From the NCBI GenBank assembly GCA_000708835.1, contig DF237337.1, forward strand, positions 10,904 through 74,903: 64,000 nt of DNA, in the 5' to 3' direction. This document shows positions 1-12,586 of the stretch, piece after piece. The notes below the pieces were generated by a model. That model was not told the DNA's origin, made no database searches, and worked only from the letters and a program-made list of their open reading frames with translations. Each line of letters opens with the position of its first letter. Positions within the stretch are counted from its first letter, which is position 1. Position numbers and translations under genes: made by a program. The stretch is from Klebsormidium nitens. Taxonomy: Eukaryota; Plantae; Klebsormidiophyceae.

Positions 1-3000
1 TGTCCGAAACTAGACGCGGACGTCGTCCGGCCCGTGCTGCCGCTCGTCTTTTCCAGCCTAGACGCGCTCCTGAAAGCTGCCACCGAAGAGACGCTGCACT
101 TGGTGCTCGAGACTTTGAGCGTGGCCGTCAGAGCAGGTAGGTTATCGCAATCCAGTGTACGATTGTTAATAATTGAAAATGGCGGCTCGTGTTTTAATCA
201 ATTAGAATTCACGTGAGGTTCTTGAGCGTTCGTAGGTGGTGGGAGCGCCGCTTCCCTGCCAGAGCGCGCTCCCGAAGGGTGCCAGTGAACGGATGCTGCA
301 CCTCGTTCTGCAAGTGCTGTTCAAGGGTGTTCGGGTATACGGCTTTTCGCTTTAGGTTGCGCCCGACTTTCGGAGCTTCTTACCGAAGGCTTCAGAAGGT
401 TTACGATGATTTGGGTCAGCTGGGGCGTTCCTGGGTAGTAGCTTCCTCATTCCGAAAGTCGTAAGGACTTTTGGGCCTTAATAAGGCGCGGGTAACGGTG
501 ACGCAGACGCTTCAAAGCGAATGCGTCCTATCGCTCGCTGATGTTTGTGATTCTAGATACTTGCATGATGCCCGTTTGGCGGACTCAAAAGGCCCCGACA
601 AGAAGATTTGAATTCTCAGTAGCCTGGATTCAAGCATTGCAGGAACGAGCGCAGCCAGGCGTTGCTCAAAGACCGACGAATGCCCATTGAAGAGCTGCAT
701 ACACCGATCAGCAAGTAACGAGCGGAACTTCACAAGAACCGTCTATCTCGCCCCTCCCGATCTCTATTTGAATTCACCCGCCAAACCCCTCCGTTCCATC
801 ATTCCTACTCTTCTACCCACAGGCAAAAGGGGAACTTTCTGATAACAGTATTCTGCTCTTTACAGTCTTCTCCTGCGCTCATAACACCTGCTCTTCTCCC
901 AACAGATGGCGCTACCGCGGCCGCGTTTGAGGCCACCATCTCCCCCGCCGTGCTCCACGTCTGGGCCCAGTACGTCACCGACCCGCTTATTTCGGAAGAC
1001 GCCCTCGACGTTCTGGAGGCCCTAGCGGAATTTCCGGAGTGCATCCATCCCCTGTTCCTGCGCGTCGTTCCGTCCTTGGCTGGGGTCTTAGCAGCGCCCG
1101 ATCAACAACCGCCCGGCCTCGTAGAAGGCGCGCTGGATCTGCTAACACTGCTACTGCAAGTGAGGCGCAATTGTCTCTTATTCTATGTCTCCAGTCAACG
1201 GTTTGGAGGAGCTTTCCTCACCTTTTAGAGCAATGTCTTTTCCGATCTGCCTTTATCCCTCCTTCAAGCCGTCTCCTCACAATCGCGTCATTTCTGATGG
1301 TCCGTTTTGATTAAGATGCAGGGAAAGAAAAGAAAATGCTGATCGAGGCCATCAGTGGAATTCCATGGTTGCGTGCAGCGAAAGACCACCCAACTTAAAA
1401 CCCCTTTCAACCCCTCGTCTGCAGCGCTCCCCCGCTGACGTCAGCCGGACCGCGTTCGGCCCCTGCTTCGGGGCGACCGCCCGCATCGTGATGACGACGG
1501 ATGACGCGGCGCTGCTGCAGAGCGGGGCGGAATGCCTGGCGGCATTCGTACGGAGCAGCGGAACGGAACTTCTGCAATGGGGACCGGCGAAAGAAGAAAC
1601 AATGAAGACGTTGCTAGACGCGACTGGCAGGTAGGGTCAGGCGTTTTATGTTTGGGGTCTCGGTTTTGGCTCTGAGTGGTCCTTTTGGAATATGGATTTT
1701 GAGTCAAAAGACTGTCCAAAAGTCTGGTTCTAGGGTCCTCGAATTTTGGCGATTTTGACAAGAGACGGATGGCAGGGATCGTGCATCGGAAACGGGAAAA
1801 AGTAGACGATGGGAGCGCTCTTGGTTGGGAGTTCCAGGCAGATGTTGGTTATTATTGTGAGTGTCCTGTGGCAGTCTAGGTGAGATAAGCAGACAAAGGG
1901 ACTTCCGATTTAGGAGCGATATAATAAAGACTAACTCTGTGGGCGCTTAGTGGACGGACGGACGATTCCGGCAATTTGAAGCCCAAGGTCTCACCAAACC
2001 TTGGTTGGAAGAAGGACGACGTTACTGTTGGTGCTGATTGGTCAATCGTACGAGGGATCTAGGTCTGAGACTCCGAACTACCAAAGGTGTACGAAAGTTG
2101 CCCCTGTTCATGCTACTGGTAACCCTGCCGTCAGCCGTGCTGGCTTCTGGACACATAACCAGGTTCTGTACCCGTCAATCTACTAGATTGCTTTACCAAC
2201 CACTAATCAGGTCTGATCTCAAGTGGTCCTCATTGTGCCAGGTTGCTAGATCCCCACGCAACTAGTGCGGCGGCCCCCGAACGACTTAACCAGGCTTAAC
2301 CAACCCTTAACCTTGGTCTCCTTGTGCCAGGTTGCTAGACCCCCACATGGACAGCAGCGCGTCTCTCTACGTGGGCAATCTCATCACGCAACTAGTGCGG
2401 CGGCTCCCTGGAGATATGGGCCCTCATTCACGCCCTCTGCTGGCGGCCCTCGTCGCGCGCATGCAGTCCTCGCTCATGCCCGCGCTCACCATCTCGCTCC
2501 TCCTCGTTGTCGCGCGCCTTGTGAGAATGCTCACCCGGCCTGTTGACCCGCTATGTATCCTTCCGAAACATATTCCGGGCGACGATCTCGAAGCGCCGAA
2601 ACTTCGAAAGCGCGGAGAAAATGAAGTCGCGTTGTTAAAGTCGTAGCTTCTCTCCCGTTAGCTGCCCGCCGTCGACTAAGTCGCTGGAAGCAACCTATGT
2701 TTTTCGAGCTATCTTTGCTGCCTCTCCCTTGAAGAAGATGTGGGATTATCGCGAAAGCTTCATGAGGTCGAGTTATGCTAAACCCGTCTGCTCGATTTTT
2801 GGGCCAGTTACAGCGCTGAACACAGACAAAGTGCTGCTGCCTTATCCTCACTCCTTACTTTCTTAAAAACGAGAAATTTCTCCTTCCAACATTCAATTCC
2901 CACCACCTGCGCCTTCCCTTTCGAAAACGCCTCTTCTCATGAGCAGGTTCCACCCTAACCTTAAAACTCTAAAAGTACAACCCCAAAACCCCAAAACCCC

Positions 3001-4710
3001 ATTTCGAGGCCTCCTCATGACCTTGATTTCCACCCCCCGAATCTGATGCAGGTCCACATGAGCGCCCCCAACGTGAGCCAGCTGATCGACGCCCTCGTCT
3101 CCCTCCCCGCGCAAGGTTACAGCAACGCGCTCTCTTTCGTCCTCTTCGAATGGACCAAATGGCACGGCGAGATCCAGGGCGCGTACCAAATCAAGGTTAG
3201 CCTAACCGCGCTGGCAACCCTGCTGGCGTCGGGGGATCCCCGGCTGGGCAGCGTGATCGTCCAGGGGGAACAAATTCAGCCGGAGGAAGGGGGGGTGATC
3301 ATGACGCGGTCGCGCGCGAAGCAGGGGGGGCGGCTCGAGCGGTACTCCAACGTCAGCCTGCCTGTCAAGGTGAGCGTGACGTCAGCGGGACGGCCTTCTG
3401 CCTTGGGGTTTGTTCAGTGCTTTGCTGTGTGCTTGAATGGTGGTCTGCGCCTGTTCCCGCTGTCAGGCGGTCTCTGCCGGTTTTCTCATGGAACTCAGGA
3501 AAGATAATAATAAGGTAACCGCACTGGGAACGGGTAGGTTTAGTTTGGTGGTTAGGGTGCGTATGGGTGCGGAGCTGGTATTTGTTTGGGTCAAGCTTTT
3601 TAGTGTTAGTTGACGCTTAATTTTATAATGGCTTATTGTTATTTCTCTTGAGAATCGTGCTTTTCCCTTTTGGTTAGCGGACTCTCCGACTCTGATGTTG
3701 CGAACCCCATGTTGGCGCTTCCCTATCCCTTTGCATATCAGCCGTCTGACTCAATGGAACTATTGGAACAGGTCGATGGCGGATTCGACGTCGTTGGTTT
3801 CGCGCGAACTTCCTTCCCTAGGATTGACTTCATTGCGAAATCTTAGCTCGTCATGTCCTGGTAATACCAAGGTGCTCTCGAGAAGCTTCGTCGATATTTC
3901 TTGGAGCCTCTACTTTGAGAGCTTCCACCTTTCGGGGAGAACTTCCTGCGTCGACGTCGGCAGAAGTGTTTTTTCTTGACGATCCCACTTCATCCGCTGC
4001 AGCTCATAGCCATTCTAGCCGACACTCTGACGGAGATGAAGGAGGCTCAAGCGACCGGTGTGGAGGACGTAAGTTCACCTATTCTCCCGTCTACAAGCAG
4101 GGCGTCACTTTGAGCAGTTACAAATTCACTGCCTGTACTGACGATCGGAATGTCCGCTTGAATCGCCGACAATGAAGGATGACTGTTTCATCATTTGATC
4201 GCTCCTGTCATTCTAGGTAGTCGTAACAAGTGTTTTGGTTTGTCGCCGTTCTGTTGGTGTGAGTTCCCACAAACTGACGAGAATCACTAGGGCAATCAAA
4301 AACCGTTTCCTGTTCCTACACATCCTTCTGAAAAAAAGGAAAAAACAACAGAAACTGCCTTTTGATTTTGCCAGGATGACGAGTGGGAGGAAGCGAGTGG
4401 CGACGAAGACGAAGATGACGAGGCGGGCCCTTCCGGCATCGTCATTTCCGCCGGAACTGGCCGGTCGTCCGTTTTCCAACCCATCGAAGACTTCGCCAAC
4501 CTGTTCTCAGAGGACTTCGCCGAGGGAACGTACGTCGAAGATCCTGACGCGAAGAGCGATCCGATCAACAGCGTAAATGTGTCGGAGTACGCGGTCAAAT
4601 ATCTGAAAGAGTTGGCTAGGAGAGATCAGGTAGGGTTTGCAGCGTGTTGTCAAGGCTTGAACCGGACGCAACAGGAAGCGATACACGCTGCGCTGCAGAC
4701 CGGCAGCTAA
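1..4710 (+). CDS. IPO9: Importin-9 (importin-beta/HEAT-repeat family), 3' part; gene begins before the window
   Basis: Phase-consistent GT-AG exons: <1-136, 906-1159, 1425-1630, 2331-2520, 3052-3369, 4003-4068, 4375-4710 (TAA). Peptides LHLVLETL, W..YV.DPLIS.DALDVLEAL, MDSSASLYVG.LI.QLV, W.KWHGEIQGAYQIKV...AL, an acidic tract (DDEWEEASGDEDEDDE) and DP..SDPIN.VN match the C-terminal half of plant importin-9. Confidence 0.9.
2233..2276 (+). repeat. Intronic copy of an IPO9 acceptor and exon start, carrying a 41-nt internal deletion
   Basis: TTGTGCCAG|GTTGCTAGATCCCCAC+GCAACTAGTGCGGCGGC matches the true junction at 2322-2346 joined to ~2388-2404 through the microhomology CAC. Confidence 0.85.
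3513..3585 (+). repeat. Partial copy of the interior of the 34456-34638 element, in an IPO9 intron
   Basis: GGGAACGGGTAGGTTTAGTTTGGTGGTTAGGGTGCGTATGGGTGCGGAGCTGGTATTT aligns without gaps to GGGGACGGGTGGGGTTGGTATGGTGGTTAGGGTGGGTTGGGGTGCGGAGCGGGTGTTT (~34503-34560). Confidence 0.6.
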
Positions 4711-6047
4711 AATGGTATGTGCTGCCAGTCTGCTGATCACGATCCTATATACTCATGGGTGCACCTCGAGTACAAGCTGAATAGTCAACTTCGACCCTTG
4801 TTTTGTCCGCGCTATCAAGTATCTCAAGAAGGAATCACCTGTCCGATTGACAAGGAAACGGAGAGTCGGCAGGTAGCTTACGGAGATAGTGATCATGGTA
4901 GGCGCTTGGGTGCTTGGCTTGCACTTTTTATCCAATCTCTTGCGTCATGCACTGCGAGCAGCTCAGACATTGGATTTGAAGGATCGATGCGACGAAACAG
5001 TCACTTACATGCTCATTCGCATGTCCAAATATTATAAGCTGTGCATACCAAGTTGCCAGAGATTTGTGCACATGCTTACTAACAGATGTGCAGGTGGTGC
5101 ATCGCCTAGCATAAGTAGAGACTCGTATGTCGGAGAACATGCACAACGCCTCTAGCAACAGCGGCAACCTTTGCACGTGGCTCAACATGCAACTTAGAGC
5201 CTAGCTAGAGCAGACTCAGTTTTCCATGCAGCCTTTGACAGTGGCGCCGCATGTATTGTACGGCATACTAGCTTGGGCCATTAGCACGAACATGTGCGTA
5301 TACGTTGCCACGAGAGCTTAAGCCGCCGCTCATGCTACTTATAATGTACATGCATATACGGTGACCGGACGCACCAACACGGCGGCTGCAACCTTCAACT
5401 TAAGTTAGGCTGGCCCCATGTACGCCTTAAATCTACAATCCGACGCAATCATTCGTGTATATTTCAATCAACGCGAATTATCGAGTACATCATGACACAA
5501 GCTAAATACCCTACACGAACTTCGGAAGTGACCTGGCGTCCTGCCATTGATACTCCCAAGTCAACTCGATCTGATTCATCGTTAGCAAACGACGAGTGTC
5601 GGCCTCATGATTGTGTTCCTTGATCCACGCCAGATAAAGAAGCTATAGCAGATACCAGAAGTGGACATGTTACGTATATGAATGCGCATCAACAATGATA
5701 ACATGTATGGCGTATAATATGGATCGCTTGCAATTATTGCCCGGCCGGCCACTCAGCATTAGCAATCATCAAAGCGGACGGTCTGATCCCGGCGCACAAT
5801 GATATGGAAATGTTTGTCTCGTGTACGGGATCCTCTACCCGCTGCAAGATCAAACATGACAAGAAGCAGGGCCATCTAAAGCTAAGTAGATCTCCGAAGC
5901 TCAGTCGCTGCATGATCTGAACGATGCAGCTGATTTTCTATACCTTCGAATAAGCTTCAAATCATTAAGAGATTGGGAAAGGACTCGATACCTTTTTGGT
6001 GCATTCTACAAGCAATCCTTTGTGAACTTGAGGCTGGCAGCCTATGC

Positions 6048-7424
6048 CTACGACGGCTTCGAATAACTTAACCCCGGAAGTAATACCACATTCCTAACCT
6101 TCAAACTAGCTCCGCAAAGGAGGGCCTTGATTCCTTGAGCCACCTCCTTCTCTATGTTCATGAAGCGCAGGGTGAGCTCTTTAAACTTAGGCAAGCGCCC
6201 GACCACGCTTGCAAGGAACAAAAGGTCGTCTTGTACGAAGGCCTCAGGCCGATATAGATCCAAACTGCGCAACTTTTGTAGGAGAGCCAGCTTTGGAATG
6301 TCGTGGAAGTCAAAGGAGCACCGGAGCACCTCCATGCCCCCCATCTGCTCTAATAGTTCTGGCCAGGCGACGTGCGGCATGAGTGGGAGATTGGGAAGCT
6401 CTAAAACACGGAGAGAGGGGCATTGACTGAGCAGTTCTAGCACTCCTTTGGCGGGAATGCTGATTGGGGTGGCGATTGGAAAAGGTTGAGGATACACATC
6501 GAAAGATTCAAGAGTACGCGCTATCAGTGGCACACCTAACGTTAGCTGCTGGAGGGAAGTGCAGTGTTGCGCAAGACGGGAGAGGATGACATCTAGGTGT
6601 GGCACTGATATAGATCTGATGTCCAGTTTTGTCAGTTGGGGAAGACCCCTAAACAGGACTAAGAAAGCAGTCTCCGAAAGGCTTTGGTGATCTGGGAACC
6701 TCAGTGCTTCGATGCTGGGAAAGACGGCGGGGAGTAGGGAGAGGAATTCGGATCGAAGTGAGGGCTGGCGTGGAGGAAGGTCAAAGCTGAGCTCTGTCAT
6801 GCTGACCATTGGAGCAATCTTTCGCAAGGCCTTCATGAACTTGGTGTGCTCTATCCGACACGGTCCTGAGAAGGTGAGCTTCTCTAGACCTGTGAACTGC
6901 CCTAGAGAGCTGACGATTGTCTCAAGAAACGAATGTTCTGGGAGCCCCATGTCAGACAGGTGGAGACTTTTCAGACTACTGAATGATGCGGAGAGGATTC
7001 TGGTGAGCTCCAACGCAGACTGTGAGCCCCCCGACCGCTGAGGTGGATCACCCGGAAATATTGTTATGCTAGACCAGGCCCTCAAAGTGAGGGGATGCAG
7101 CCTTACCCAGGAGTGCCAGCTATCCGCAAACACCTCAAGTTCATCCACGTAAGGATTCATCTCTAAGGCTCTCTGGAGCAGCTTCATGGATTCAAGGATT
7201 GGCAAGCGAAACCTTGAATCCCCCTGAAGCACCAGCTTTTTGCTGGCTGCGCGTGCAGCGTCACGCCAATCCTTAGAAACAGCCTTACAAGAGGCCATGG
7301 TGACGATATCTCCTCCTGCCGCCATTTGAACTATCATCTCCGCCAGCAGGGAGGGAAGCTTGGCAAATGCTTCTATGCTGCAGTCTTTAGCTGCCTGGGC
7401 GTCAGAAGATGCACTGCTTTCCAT
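6048..7424 (-). CDS. Intronless F-box / leucine-rich-repeat (RNI-like) protein, ~458 aa
   Basis: Uninterrupted 518-codon ORF (6048-7604). The likely start is ATG 7424 (MESSASS), but 7604 is possible. F-box-like LPSLLAEMIVQM...ASCKAVSKDWRDAAR is followed by LRR-like units (SLKSLHLS, GLEKLTFS, QLTKLDIR, SLQQLTLG, SLRVLELP, KLRSLDLY). Confidence 0.75.
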   Translation of the reverse strand: MESSASSDAQAAKDCSIEAFAKLPSLLAEMIVQMAAGGDIVTMASCKAVSKDWRDAARAASKKLVLQGDSRFRLPILESMKLLQRALEMNPYVDELEVFADSWHSWVRLHPLTLRAWSSITIFPGDPPQRSGGSQSALELTRILSASFSSLKSLHLSDMGLPEHSFLETIVSSLGQFTGLEKLTFSGPCRIEHTKFMKALRKIAPMVSMTELSFDLPPRQPSLRSEFLSLLPAVFPSIEALRFPDHQSLSETAFLVLFRGLPQLTKLDIRSISVPHLDVILSRLAQHCTSLQQLTLGVPLIARTLESFDVYPQPFPIATPISIPAKGVLELLSQCPSLRVLELPNLPLMPHVAWPELLEQMGGMEVLRCSFDFHDIPKLALLQKLRSLDLYRPEAFVQDDLLFLASVVGRLPKFKELTLRFMNIEKEVAQGIKALLCGASLKVRNVVLLPGLSYSKPS

Positions 7425-8793
7425 GCCTGTTTTTCCGCTTGGGCTTCGTAAGCTCCAAGCAGGAAAGAAGCAGCTTCTTCTGTGGTTCCTTTTCCTTTCT
7501 GTTGCAAAGGCTCTCGCTGGTAATCTGCAAACAGCGTGGCTGCTATGATCACCCTTGATACTCAACTGGGGTGAACAGTCCACACGCTCTTTTATTCTTT
7601 GCATCAGCAGGATGACAATCTTCGAGTCTTGGAAAGAAACTGTTCAGCTAGACTAGTTTTGAAGGCGCCCCTGGACTAAGAAAACCGCTATTAGACTACG
7701 GTCCTTCAATGGTCTCGGTTGCTGTCGCGAAGCGCACTCCCTCGACCTTTCTTCCGACCGGTAGTACCCTACACCGGGCACTCGAGTCCAGTTCTTTACC
7801 TGACAAAATCAGCCCTGGCGGGCCTAAGGCTACCGGTACATCCTCCTGGGCGAAATATTCAGTGGCGCCCGGCCGCCGCGCGTCGTGTTTTCTATAGTAT
7901 ACCCGCGCAGCCGCAGGCGCTGCCGCCGCCAGCACATGATGCTCAGTGCTGATATTGATATTGATATTGAAATTCTCGTCTAATTAAGAGCCAGCATGCG
8001 CTCTGGTGCGAGCGCAGATCGAAGCAATGCAAATGTAAAACCCTGGCATAAGCCTTTGCCAGGTCGCCTTAACTGTGCTTTCTGGTTCTAGCTTTGGTAC
8101 GCTCAAATTCTAATTTGAATGAGATATTGCCAGTACGATACTTTCCTTGCAATGCGCCATTGATTGCACCAGATTATGAAGGGCTCGATACCTGAAAATA
8201 GTCCTTCTGTCGAGGTGACCCCCTTTCTAGCTTTAGGAACAACTGAGCGTGCACATGCATGTGACCAACCAGATATTGCCAGTTTCATAGTCGAAAACAG
8301 TTTCACCACATGGTCAAACAACGATTTCAACACATCATCGGGCCGCAAGGCTCAAGTAGCCAAGACGAGCTGCGCCAACCGTAAATTAGTCTCCCAGAAA
8401 GTTATCTGGCATCTATATAGTACATGCAGGCCGGCCGGCCATCGAAGGAGCTAGACACTGACATGCGAACGTGGCCTTACAATTCCTCGTGGTGAAGCTT
8501 GTGTAGAAAGTGCCAGCCGGGCGTAATCGCGCATAATAGAATCTGAATTGACATGCCCTTGGTGATATTGGAATGCCCCAAGCTCAATTGGGGCAGAACG
8601 TGCCACAAGTGCGATGATGCTGGTTCAAATGTACTTTTTGAGCGAGCTTAGGCAACCTTGGGCGTCTCAACACGGCATACCCTTTCTTGAGACGGTCTCA
8701 ATGCGTTAAAGCGATACCGGAAAAATCAACCTGTTTGACTACTAGCGTTCATCTTTTTTTGAACCAACCCTGAGCCATCAGGGTACTTGGCTG

Positions 8794-11700
8794 TTATTGT
8801 AGCAAGTCCTGTCCCGGTTGTTCCGATTCTGACGCATCTTTCGGTGATCCTATCCAGAAATACCAGGGAGCGCGGAGGATCGGCACGTATGGTATACCGC
8901 CTTGACTATTCACCTCGACAACTGCGCATCAAGTAAGGAGTAATCAGAATCTTTCACGCTGGCTAAGATACTGTCAACATTCACTCGTCAGCAACATGAG
9001 ATGTTCTCAGCGTGGATGCAGGACTCTTCCAATCGCTGATTGATTCGGTAAACAAAGATCAGAAACCTTTCGGCCCCCAACTTAATGGAAGTTTTGACGC
9101 CCTGCACCACCCCTGTATAACTTCAATGAAGAACTCAATGCGTTATTTACCTCCGAACATCAGAATCGAAGTCAGCGGCGCACAGCGCCCCGATCAGCAC
9201 ACTGCTTTCCTCAAGTATCCCTTTCGTGGCGCTCTTGCTCGAGACAAGGCACCGCCGACACACATAGACTTAATTCCACCGTCGGAGCTGAAGTCCGGTC
9301 TGCTCTGACTCGCACCCCCCCAACTCCACCGTTTGAGCATCATCAGAACAGATGGAGAAGGGACGGCTGGCGTCACTATCCGTCCAGCATCAAAAAGCAG
9401 CTGAAGAGGTACGGCTGACGTCACCTGTGTCCCGATTGTGGTCAAGCTATGCACGCCAGGTTGACGCTGCCCGGGTCCGAAATCAAACAACATCAAAACA
9501 GGCGGGGAAAAGGCACAACTGACGTCACCTCTTTCCACTTCGTGGTCCAAAGATCGACAAAAACAGGCGGGGAAAGAGGTGCGGCTGACGTCACCTGTCT
9601 CCAGTTTGTGGTCCAGGTACGCGCGCCGCTCCGGCCCCAGGTTGATGTTGTCCAGGTCAAAGATGGCCTGCCAGAACCAGCGCCGGTAGTAGGGATGCTG
9701 CCGCTGCGGGCGGTCGTACTTTCCGGAGACATAAAAGTCGGCGATGCCGAGGAGACCCCCCGGGGCGAGCATGGAGAGGGCGTTGTCAACGGCAGCCATG
9801 TAGGGGGGGATCACTGGCGAGAGAAACGGGGGGGGGGATTTAAGGTGGTCAGCAGATGAAGGGGGAGGGGGGAGTTGAAAGAATGAAGACGTGTTGACGA
9901 AAAGTCATTTGCGGAAAAACACAAGGACGAATACAGATGGGAGGAGACTGGATCGAGGATGCTGCAAATATGAAAGGGAATAACAGATGCCCGACAAAGA
10001 GGGTCACAGCTGTCGGGAGAGAGTGAGAAGACTTGTACCCCTTGTCAACATTATCGTGATGAAACCTGAATGTAAATCCGATCGACGCTCTAACGCGTTA
10101 TTCAGTGAAGCGGAAAGAAGAAATAGACGTGTACAACCAGCGAAGGGGGTAGATCGTTGGAAAATGTCTGATCGGATGAATTTCGGGGGTTGATCCTCCG
10201 ACAAGAACAGGAGATGAAGAGCTGTATTGTCGTTTCGAAGATAAACCCCACGCCCAGCACGCAGTGTGAACGTTTTCATATAAAAGGGTCCCTGCCGATT
10301 GGTGACTTTCCTTAACGGCTATCTGACGACCATTGAAACCAACAAAATGAGTTTCCTAACATCAACTAGACCCCCTCTCTTTATTCACTCGCTCTACAAC
10401 CATCTTATGGTCAGCCCTACGACCCATGGAAGAAAGAACATACGTTTCAATGTCTTTGTCGGGTAAGCAACAGCAGACAAACAGCGAAGAGTAATAGCAG
10501 ACAAACCAGCTTGAATGTAAGGTTCGCTTAGCAGTAGTCAACTCACTTGACAGAGAGTAGGAGAAGGTCACGACAGTCGCCTTGTTGTCTGGTTGGAATG
10601 TGCATGCGTCGCCCTCCACCACCTCTACGTTGTTCCAGCCCCGCTCTTTGGCCTTTGCCTTCGCAACGTCGCAGAGGGGAGAACACAGATCCACCACGTA
10701 GATCTGCGTTTTAAAGTTTAGGTTTAATCCTCCTTGTTGTTTCTTAGAGAGCGGCCGTTTTGTTTATTTTCAGCAGGAATGTTGGGTAATCTTGCGGAGG
10801 GCCTAGGACAGGGCATGCAAAGGTTCATGACGGCTGATTATCTAATATCGGAAAAGAGTGGACATACTTACAAAGCTCTAAAACCACAGCGGGGGCCCCT
10901 CTCAGAGACGAGGTAAAGGGGAAAAAAACAGATGGAAAAGAGAGCTATTGAAGGCTTTCGACTGTGCGATTCACCCAACGGCCTTCAGTCAAAGTTTCAA
11001 AACGAAGCCGTACACATTTGAGTTATCATCAGATCATCACAAGTAAGTACACCGAGCTGGCCGTTCATTCCTTGTTAATCCATGGATGCTATAGTAAGCA
11101 GAACCTTGTGTGATGCAATTTTGCTGTCATCTACCGCACAGTTTTCACCTGAGCGCTTCCTTATGAGTGACACACGGCCCGAATGAAAATGGAGGATTCT
11201 ACCTTAGTCATGTCCCTAACTAAGTGGGACCGAAAAGCTGCATCTGTCTTGCATATCAGAGACCAACAGTTCCAGACTTGAGTCGCAGAGGATTGCAATG
11301 CAGCTTTGAGCTCGACAATATCTAAAACTTGGGAGTTTGTTTGTGACTGGAGGACCTGAAAAAGACAAGCTTTGACACTATTTGCAGTTGAAAGAGTTCA
11401 CTTCAGCCCTGCGCATGTCCATTGTTAGATATGTAACTTGTCCTTATTGTGAAAGGCTCACCTTCTCGAATCTGCTCAGGTCAATATAGTCTGCCATCAT
11501 CGCAACATTCTCCCCCGTACCGCCGCCTGCAAATGATGTAAAAAGAGGGCTTCAGCAATTGCCTTAAAGAAGCAGACTAGAAATCAAAGACAGAAGTGAT
11601 CCTCCTATAGTTTTTCGAGGAATCTCAAACCTTCAATACCAAGAGCGTCAGGCAGGAGTACTCCACTCCTGAAAGGCACATGCCGTGCATCAACACCCAT

Positions 11701-12586
11701 TCACACAGTGGTGCAGCTCAATCCAGAGTGCCTTCCTCATCCTGCAGCAATCGGAGACATCCTGCATAGCAACAACAACGTGGGCTGCCAGCCAAGTTCA
11801 CCGGACCGACTCATTTGGTGCTCACAGATTGACCCCATGGATGAACAATGAAGTTTTTGCTCACCCAGATCTACCCAGGACACAGGCCCATCAAAAGCGG
11901 AGAGCTGCTTGGCAAGTTCTTTCAGCATAGGCCGCCGACCGTGCAGGAAGTTGGCTCGGAAGCGATCATCTGGAAGACGGGCACGAACCATGAGAAGAGT
12001 CGGTTCTTAACGAAGTCACAACTCTTCAACTTGATCATGTGAGCGCTCAACGCCCAGAATCCGAGCAGAGACTGGCAAAGATATGCCACAGAATCAATCA
12101 GACTCCGAGTGTCAGGATTTCTAGGCGTCAGCAGAAGAATGCGACTATAGCAGAAGGCCTGTGCCAGCAGTGCCTTCCAGAGGAGAAGTGGTGGTGCTCA
12201 AAAGTTTCTCAGGAAACTTACAAGCGTGTGCTTGGCGGCCGTAGAAAGCGTCCAGCCTCTCCTGAAATCATAACCACCATACAGTGTCATTGATAGCTTT
12301 GGCTTCACAAATAGGTCCACGTAACGTGAAACGGAAGCATCGCAAAACACTGGCTGAAACAACAAAATAAACAGAATTGAGTCATACACCAAGAGGGTCT
12401 AGAAGTTGCACACCATAATTGCAGATTTGAACACTCTCAAACTCCAGCTGATCTGCAGATGGCAGCTCGTAAATACACAAACAGGCAAGTTTCAATATAT
12501 ACTTTGTGTGTGTCGCCCTGCGCCTTCGCAAACCACATCGCCACCAGACACTCCATGTCTGTGTAAATACCCTTCACAAACTCCAT
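8794..12586 (-). CDS. BTA1: BtaB-type SAM-dependent methyltransferase: N-terminal half of betaine lipid (DGTS) synthase BTA1, 265 aa, without the BtaA/DUF3419 half
   Basis: Seven phase-consistent exons: 12586-12503, 12261-12222, 11969-11865, 11526-11462, 10703-10547, 9813-9595, 8921-8794 (798 nt). Peptides MWF...GD.H.ERLDAFYG.QA.AYD.FR.NFLHGRRPML, the SAM motif WVDLGGGTGENV, IYVVDLC..LC.VA, ADFYVSGKYD, IFDLDNI.LGPERRAYL and QG.IPYVP.LRAP closely follow the N-terminal domain of Chlamydomonas BTA1. Confidence 0.85.
9400..9640 (-). repeat. Tandem copies of the BtaB exon-6 3' end plus donor (exon plus 2 intronic copies)
   Basis: On the minus strand, ...GACCACAAACTGGAGACAG|GTGACGTCAG (donor after 9595) recurs as GACCACGAAGTGGAAAGAG|GTGACGTCAG (after 9529) and GACCACAATCGGGACACAG|GTGACGTCAG (after 9425). 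Confidence 0.85.

Noticed and set aside
2979-3000. (CCCCAAAA) x ~2.5 telomere-like run
   Set aside because: Too short, intronic and adjacent to a branch-point/polypyrimidine region.
9194-9594. Read-through extension of the BtaB exon-6 ORF to 9194
   Set aside because: A donor follows 9595, and the conserved continuation (QGGIPYVP) is in exon 8921-8794.
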